A DNA stretch of 64,000 bases from Macrostomum hystrix. Its lineage: Eukaryota > Animalia > Platyhelminthes. The stretch covers positions 12,214,001-12,278,000 of the forward strand of contig CATNEN010000038.1 of the NCBI GenBank assembly GCA_950097015.1. Direction: 5' to 3'. This document shows, one piece after another, positions 59,082 through 64,000 of this stretch (position 1 is the first letter of the stretch; every line of letters starts with the position of its first letter). Under the pieces are notes generated by a model. That model was not told where the DNA came from. It did no database searches and saw only the letters and a program-made list of their open reading frames with translations. The position numbers were made by a program, and so were the translations under genes.

Positions 59082-60866
59082 TCATTGTGCTACATGCTGC
59101 TGCTGCTGTTGCTGCTGCTGCTGTTGCTGCTGCTGTTGCTGAGACTCCAGAAGAGCTTCCTCATAAGTTGGTGGCAGCTCGTCCTGACTTTGGTAGCTCG
59201 GCGGAGTCGCCAGCAGAGGAACACCGGAGTAGGCGGAATCGAACCCTCGACCTCCGCCGCCTCGAATTTGACGCAGATGCGACTGAAAATTTGCCGCCAG
59301 TCCCAAGAAGCCGGCGTTGGCGCGCCTGCCACCGGTCGACGGCTGCGCAGTCACCGGCTCCGGCTCGACGGCCTCCTCTTGAAGTCGGCGATGTCGGGCG
59401 CGCCATTCCGGATCTGCGGTGGGAGGGTCGGGTTGTTGTCTGGCTTCAGACCAAAGAACTACTCAATTACTGGTAAGGATGACGCAACACTTCTTTTGTA
59501 CAATTCTACAATTCGCTATGATATTGTGTACGAATTTTTTTATATTGTGTACCGATTTTTTTATATTGTGTAACAATTTTCGTTTATATTATGTACCAAT
59601 TGTCGTTGATATTGTGTACCAAGTGTCTTTGATATTGTGTACCAATTTTCGTTGATATTGTGTACCAATCGTCTTTAATATTGTGTACTGATTCGGTATT
59701 GAAATTGTGTACCAATTATCTGTGATATTTTGAACCCATTCTTGTCGATACTGAGTACCAACACTCCTTGATATTGTGTACCAATTCTTGTTGATATTGT
59801 GTACCAATTATCGTTGACATTGTGTATCAATTCTTGTTAATATTGGGTACCAATTATCGTTGATATTGTGTACAGATTCTCTATGAAATTGTGTACAGAT
59901 TCTCTATGACATTGTGTACCAATTCTCTATGACATTGTGTACCAATTCTCTATGACATCGTGTACCAATTCTCTATGACATTGTGTACCAATTCTCTATG
60001 ACATCGTGTACCAATTCTCTATGACGTCGTGTACCAATTCTTGTTGAAATTGTGTGCCAATAGCGGAAATGCAGACTTACTGGACCTGGCGATGAAGGCG
60101 CAGCCCCAGACGCAGCTCCAGCACCAGCCAATGAGGCAGACGGGAGCCAGTAGCAGCTGCAGGAATGCCACACCGAACTGCATGCAGGCGGAGCTGCTGA
60201 GGTCGCCGCAGTCGAAGCCCGGATTGTCGCTGCACGGACAGCAGACGGTCAGGCCGGCTAGGCAGGTGCCTGAAGTTGCACAATGATTTGAGCATTGTGG
60301 AATCAAGGACTCGATCTACAGGTCTGGATTCACCCAGCTGCTAAAAATGAGTTTGTCCGAACACATCAGCTGGGCGCGCATTCATTTTGGGCGCAGCCGC
60401 GGAGAGAAGGCTTGGTGGCTTGTCGTGCAATTTACGCCCCTTGAGGGCCAACCTCCAAGGCACAGTGAGACAGCACACAGCCTGACGATGAGAAAGTCAG
60501 GGCAGATGTACACACCTGTGTGAGCGTATGTGCTCAGCAGTCAGTGAAATGGGCAGAATTGCCTCCTCGCTGGCTGCGGGTCTGGTGTCACCAAATGATG
60601 TGCCACCGCCCCCAGCCCTCCTGCAATTATTATTATTATTATAGTTATTATTATTAACACATTAGCTGCGGAGTAGAAATTGCTGTTGTACACAGCCTTT
60701 GGAACCCGCGCCGAGCAATAAGTAGAAAATGAGTACAGGACTCACCCAAGCCGGGCACCAGAAAGTTGCAAACGCAGAGGCCGATTGCCCATTTCGTTGA
60801 GAAAATAGGCACCGTCATCTGACTTAACTTTGCTTCGTCCTGTTCGACTCCCATTCGCAAAGGCAT
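59082..60866 (-). CDS. Stum/SPEC3-family membrane protein with PPxY motifs and polyQ tail; exons ~60866-60746, 60269-60081, 59458-59082
   Basis: VPIFSTKWAIGLCVCNFLVPGLGT and GVAFLQLLLAPVCLIGWCWSCVWG are the Stum signature; tail has PPSY, PPTY and a polyQ run. Confidence 0.82.
59518..60056. repeat. 23-bp minisatellite (ATTGTGTACCAATTCTCTATGAC), intronic
   Basis: Tandem copies seen directly; more uniform at the right end. Confidence 0.92.
60328..60655 (+). mobile_element. SINE family A copy, intronic, with (TTA)n tail, preceded by a family-B-like CORE motif
   Basis: Body matches 42030-42290; TTCACCCAGCTGCTAAAAATGAG...TCAGCTGGG upstream resembles 6601-6638. Confidence 0.8.
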
Positions 60867-61345
60867 TGTTGGCGTTTTGACAAGAAACTTTTTTGTTTTT
60901 TTTTTAACTTCGAAAAACGCACGCAAAAGCCTCTTAAAGTATGTTCGAGCTTCGCAAAAAAAATTTGAGCGTTGAATAAGTGCGGCTACTGTTAGGAATT
61001 GAGCAGACCCTTTTTGAATGAACAATTGAGAAACAGAAAGTTGAGCATTGTTAAGCACACGGGAGTGAACGCGTGTAGAATGTGTGTGCATGTGAGTACA
61101 GTTTTCTAGTCTGTTTAAAAGGAGAAATAATGCATAGCTGAGCATTGAATGGAAGGTGAGAAGAGAGGAGAGAGAGAAGGTAAAAAAATATAAAGAAAAA
61201 AATTCTCACAATGCTAACCTTGCGATTACTTAAGAGAATTTGCCTTTGAGAAGTTTTCTACCAGTCTTGTAAGAAGTAGTATAAGATGGGCATGGAGCAA
61301 CGCATTTTATCTTAAAAAAGTTTTCTGCAATGTATTTTCAGAAAA

Positions 61346-64000
61346 GACGAATTCCTAAATCGACGAATTCCTAAATCGACGAATTCCTAAATCGACGAAT
61401 TCCTAAATCGACGAATTCCTAAATCGACGAATTCCTAAATCGACGAATTCCTAAATTGACGAATTCCTAAATCGACGAATTCCTAAATCGACGAATTCCT
61501 AAATCGACGAATTCCTGAATCGACGAATTCCTGAATTTACAAATTCACGAATCGTCAACGTCAAGTTACTAATCTTCGATTTAAAGAGTTGGGTAATTTT
61601 AGTTTCTAACAGTCTAACAATCTAACAGTCTACTTCTCTATCTAACAGTCTACTTCTCTATCTAACTGTCTACTTCTCTATCTAACTGTCTACTTCTCTA
61701 TCTAACGGTCTACTTCTCTATCTAACTGTCTACTTCTCTATCTAACAGTCTACTTCTCTATCTAACTGCCTACTTCTCTATCTAACAGTCTACTTCTCTA
61801 TCTAACGATCTACTTCTCTATCTAACTGTCTACTTCTCTATCTAACAGTCTACTTCTTTATCTATCTGTCTACTTCTCTAACTAACAGTCTACTTCTCTA
61901 TCTAACAGTCTACTTCTCTATCTAACTGTCTATTTCTCTATCTAACTGTCTACTTCTCTAACTAACTGTCTACTTCTCCATCTAACGACGATTTTCACGA
62001 CGAATTCCTAAATCGACGAATTCCTAAATCGACGAATTCCTAAATCGACGAATTCCTAAATCGACGAATTCCTAAATCGACGAATTCCTAAATCGACGAA
62101 TTCCTAAATCGACGAATTCCTGAATCGACGAATTCCTGAATTTACAAATTCACGAATCGTCAACGTCAAGTTACTAATCTTCGATTTAAAAAGTTGGGTA
62201 ATTTTAGTTTCTAACAGTCTAACAATCTAACAGTCTACTTCTCTATCTAACAGTCTACTTCTCTATCTAACTGTCTACTTCTCTATCTAACTGTCTACTT
62301 CTCTATCTAACGGTCTACTTCTCTATCTAACTGTCTACTTCTCTATCTAACAGTCTACTTCTCTATCTAACTGCCTACTTCTCTATCTAACAGTCTACTT
62401 CTCTATCTAACGATCTACTTCTCTATCTAACAGTCTACTTCTTTATCTATCTGTCTACTTCTCTAACTAACAGTCTACTTCTCTATCTAACAGTCTACTT
62501 CTCTATCTAACTGTCTATTTCTCTATCTAACTGTCTACTTCTCTAACTAACTGTCTACTTCTCCATCTAACGACGATTTTCACGACGAATTCCTAAATCG
62601 ACGAATTCCTAAATCGACGAATTCCTAAATCGACGAATTCCTAAATCGACGAATTCCTAAATCGACGAATTCCTAAATCGACGAATTCCTAAATCGACGA
62701 ATTCCTGAATCGACGAATTCCTGAATTTACAAATTCACGAATCGTCATCGTCAAGTTACTAATCTTCGATTTAAAGAGTTGGGTAATTTTAGTTTCTAAC
62801 AGTCTAACAATCTAACAGTCTACTTCTCTATCTAACTGTCTACTTCTCTATCTAACAGTCTACTTCTCTATCTATCTGTCTACTTCTCTAACTAACAGTC
62901 TACTTCTCTATCTAACAGTCTACTTCTCTATCTAACAGTCTACTTCTCTAACTAACAGTCTACTTCTCTATCTAACAGTCTACTTCTCTAACTAACAGTC
63001 TACTTCTCTATCTAACAGTCTACTTCTCTATCTAACAGTCTACTTCTCTATCTAACGGTCTACTTCTCTATCTAACTGTCTACTTCTCTATCTAACAGTC
63101 TACTTCTCTATCTAACGATCTACTTCTCTATCTAACTGTCTACTTCTCTATCTAACAGTCTACTTCTTTATCTATCTGTCTACTTCTCTAACTAACAGTC
63201 TACTTCTCTATCTAACAGTCTACTTCTCTATCTAACTGTCTATTTCTCTATCTAACTGTCTACTTCTCTAACTAACTGTCTACTTCTCCATCTAACGACG
63301 ATTTTCACGACGAATTCCTAAATCGACGAATTCCTAAATCGACGAATTCCTAAATCGACGAATTCCTAAATCGACGAATTCCTAAATCGACGAATTCCTA
63401 AATCGACGAATTCCTAAATCGACGAATTCCTAAATCGACGAATTCCTGAATCGACGAATTCCTGAATTTACAAATTCACGAATCGTCAACGTCAAGTTAC
63501 TAATCTTCGATTTAAAGAGTTGGGTAATTTTAGTTTCTAACAGTCTAACAATCTAACAGTCTACTTCTCTATCTAACAGTCTACTTCTCTATCTAACTGT
63601 CTACTTCTCTATCTAACTGTCTACTTCTCTATCTAACGGTCTACTTCTCTATCTAACTGTCTACTTCTCTATCTAACAGTCTACTTCTCTATCTAACTGC
63701 CTACTTCTCTATCTAACAGTCTACTTCTCTATCTAACGATCTACTTCTCTATCTAACTGTCTACTTCTCTATCTAACAGTCTACTTCTCTATCTATCTGT
63801 CTACTTCTCTAACTAACAGTCTACTTCTCTATCTAACAGTCTACTTCTCTATCTAACTGTCTATTTCTCTATCTAACTGTCTACTTCTCTAACTAACTGT
63901 CTACTTCTCCATCTAACGACGATTTTCACGACGAATTCCTAAATCGACGAATTCCTAAATCGACGAATTCCTAAATCGACGAATTCCTAAATCGACGAAT
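61346..64000. repeat. Composite higher-order satellite: [16-bp GACGAATTCCTAAATC array + ~85-bp linker + 20-bp TCTAACAGTCTACTTCTCTA array] x >=4; runs off the window
   Basis: Linker marker TACAAATTCACG at 61538, 62143, 62728 and 63469 gives periods 605, 585 and 741. Confidence 0.95.

Noticed and set aside
60561-60574. GCCTCCTCGCTGGC in SINE family A is identical to the HDV P3/L3 hairpin
   Set aside because: No GG follows the would-be P1' strand (CTGG or CTAG instead), no J4/2 or P2' partner is present, and the loop is not conserved in the other copies.
1-64000. Hammerhead ribozymes or retrozymes in the tandem arrays
   Set aside because: The CTGATGA/TCATCAG words I checked (e.g. ~269, 31507, 41771, 45961, 55742) lack stem II followed by GAAA. 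This was a manual scan, not exhaustive.

Overview
Eukaryotic (animal) genomic DNA, not prokaryotic: GC-rich exons with GT-AG introns sit in AT-rich spacers. The style (many unrelated young minisatellites in and beside genes) suggests a flatworm such as Macrostomum; this is an inference. Genes supported by motifs: 3' end of a CAP-Gly protein, an intronless CK1/TTBK-like probable pseudokinase, an NWD1/2-like NACHT protein, aspartylglucosaminidase, an AFAP1/SKAP-like double-PH adaptor, a CUB-LDLa-TM receptor, tRNA-Val(CAC), a periostin/TGFBI-like EMI-FAS1 protein with an acidic Tyr-rich N-terminal repeat, a stathmin-like protein, a Ly6/three-finger-like protein and a Stum/SPEC3-like membrane protein. 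Mobile DNA: a dead D,D34D mariner with ~178-bp TIRs nested in a foldback MITE, three further MITEs, two tRNA-derived SINE families (about five copies each, mostly intronic) and an RT-less RTE-type retroelement. About 17 tandem-repeat arrays are present. Most notable: a probable HDV-like ribozyme at the 5' end of the RT-less retroelement; a minisatellite born inside a SINE; a composite higher-order satellite sharing its 20-bp unit with an array on the other side of the Stum-like gene; a structured SINE family; and a possibly cleavable polyanionic (D/E)ESDYG(F/Y) repeat on the periostin-like protein. All coordinates and alignments were made by eye.
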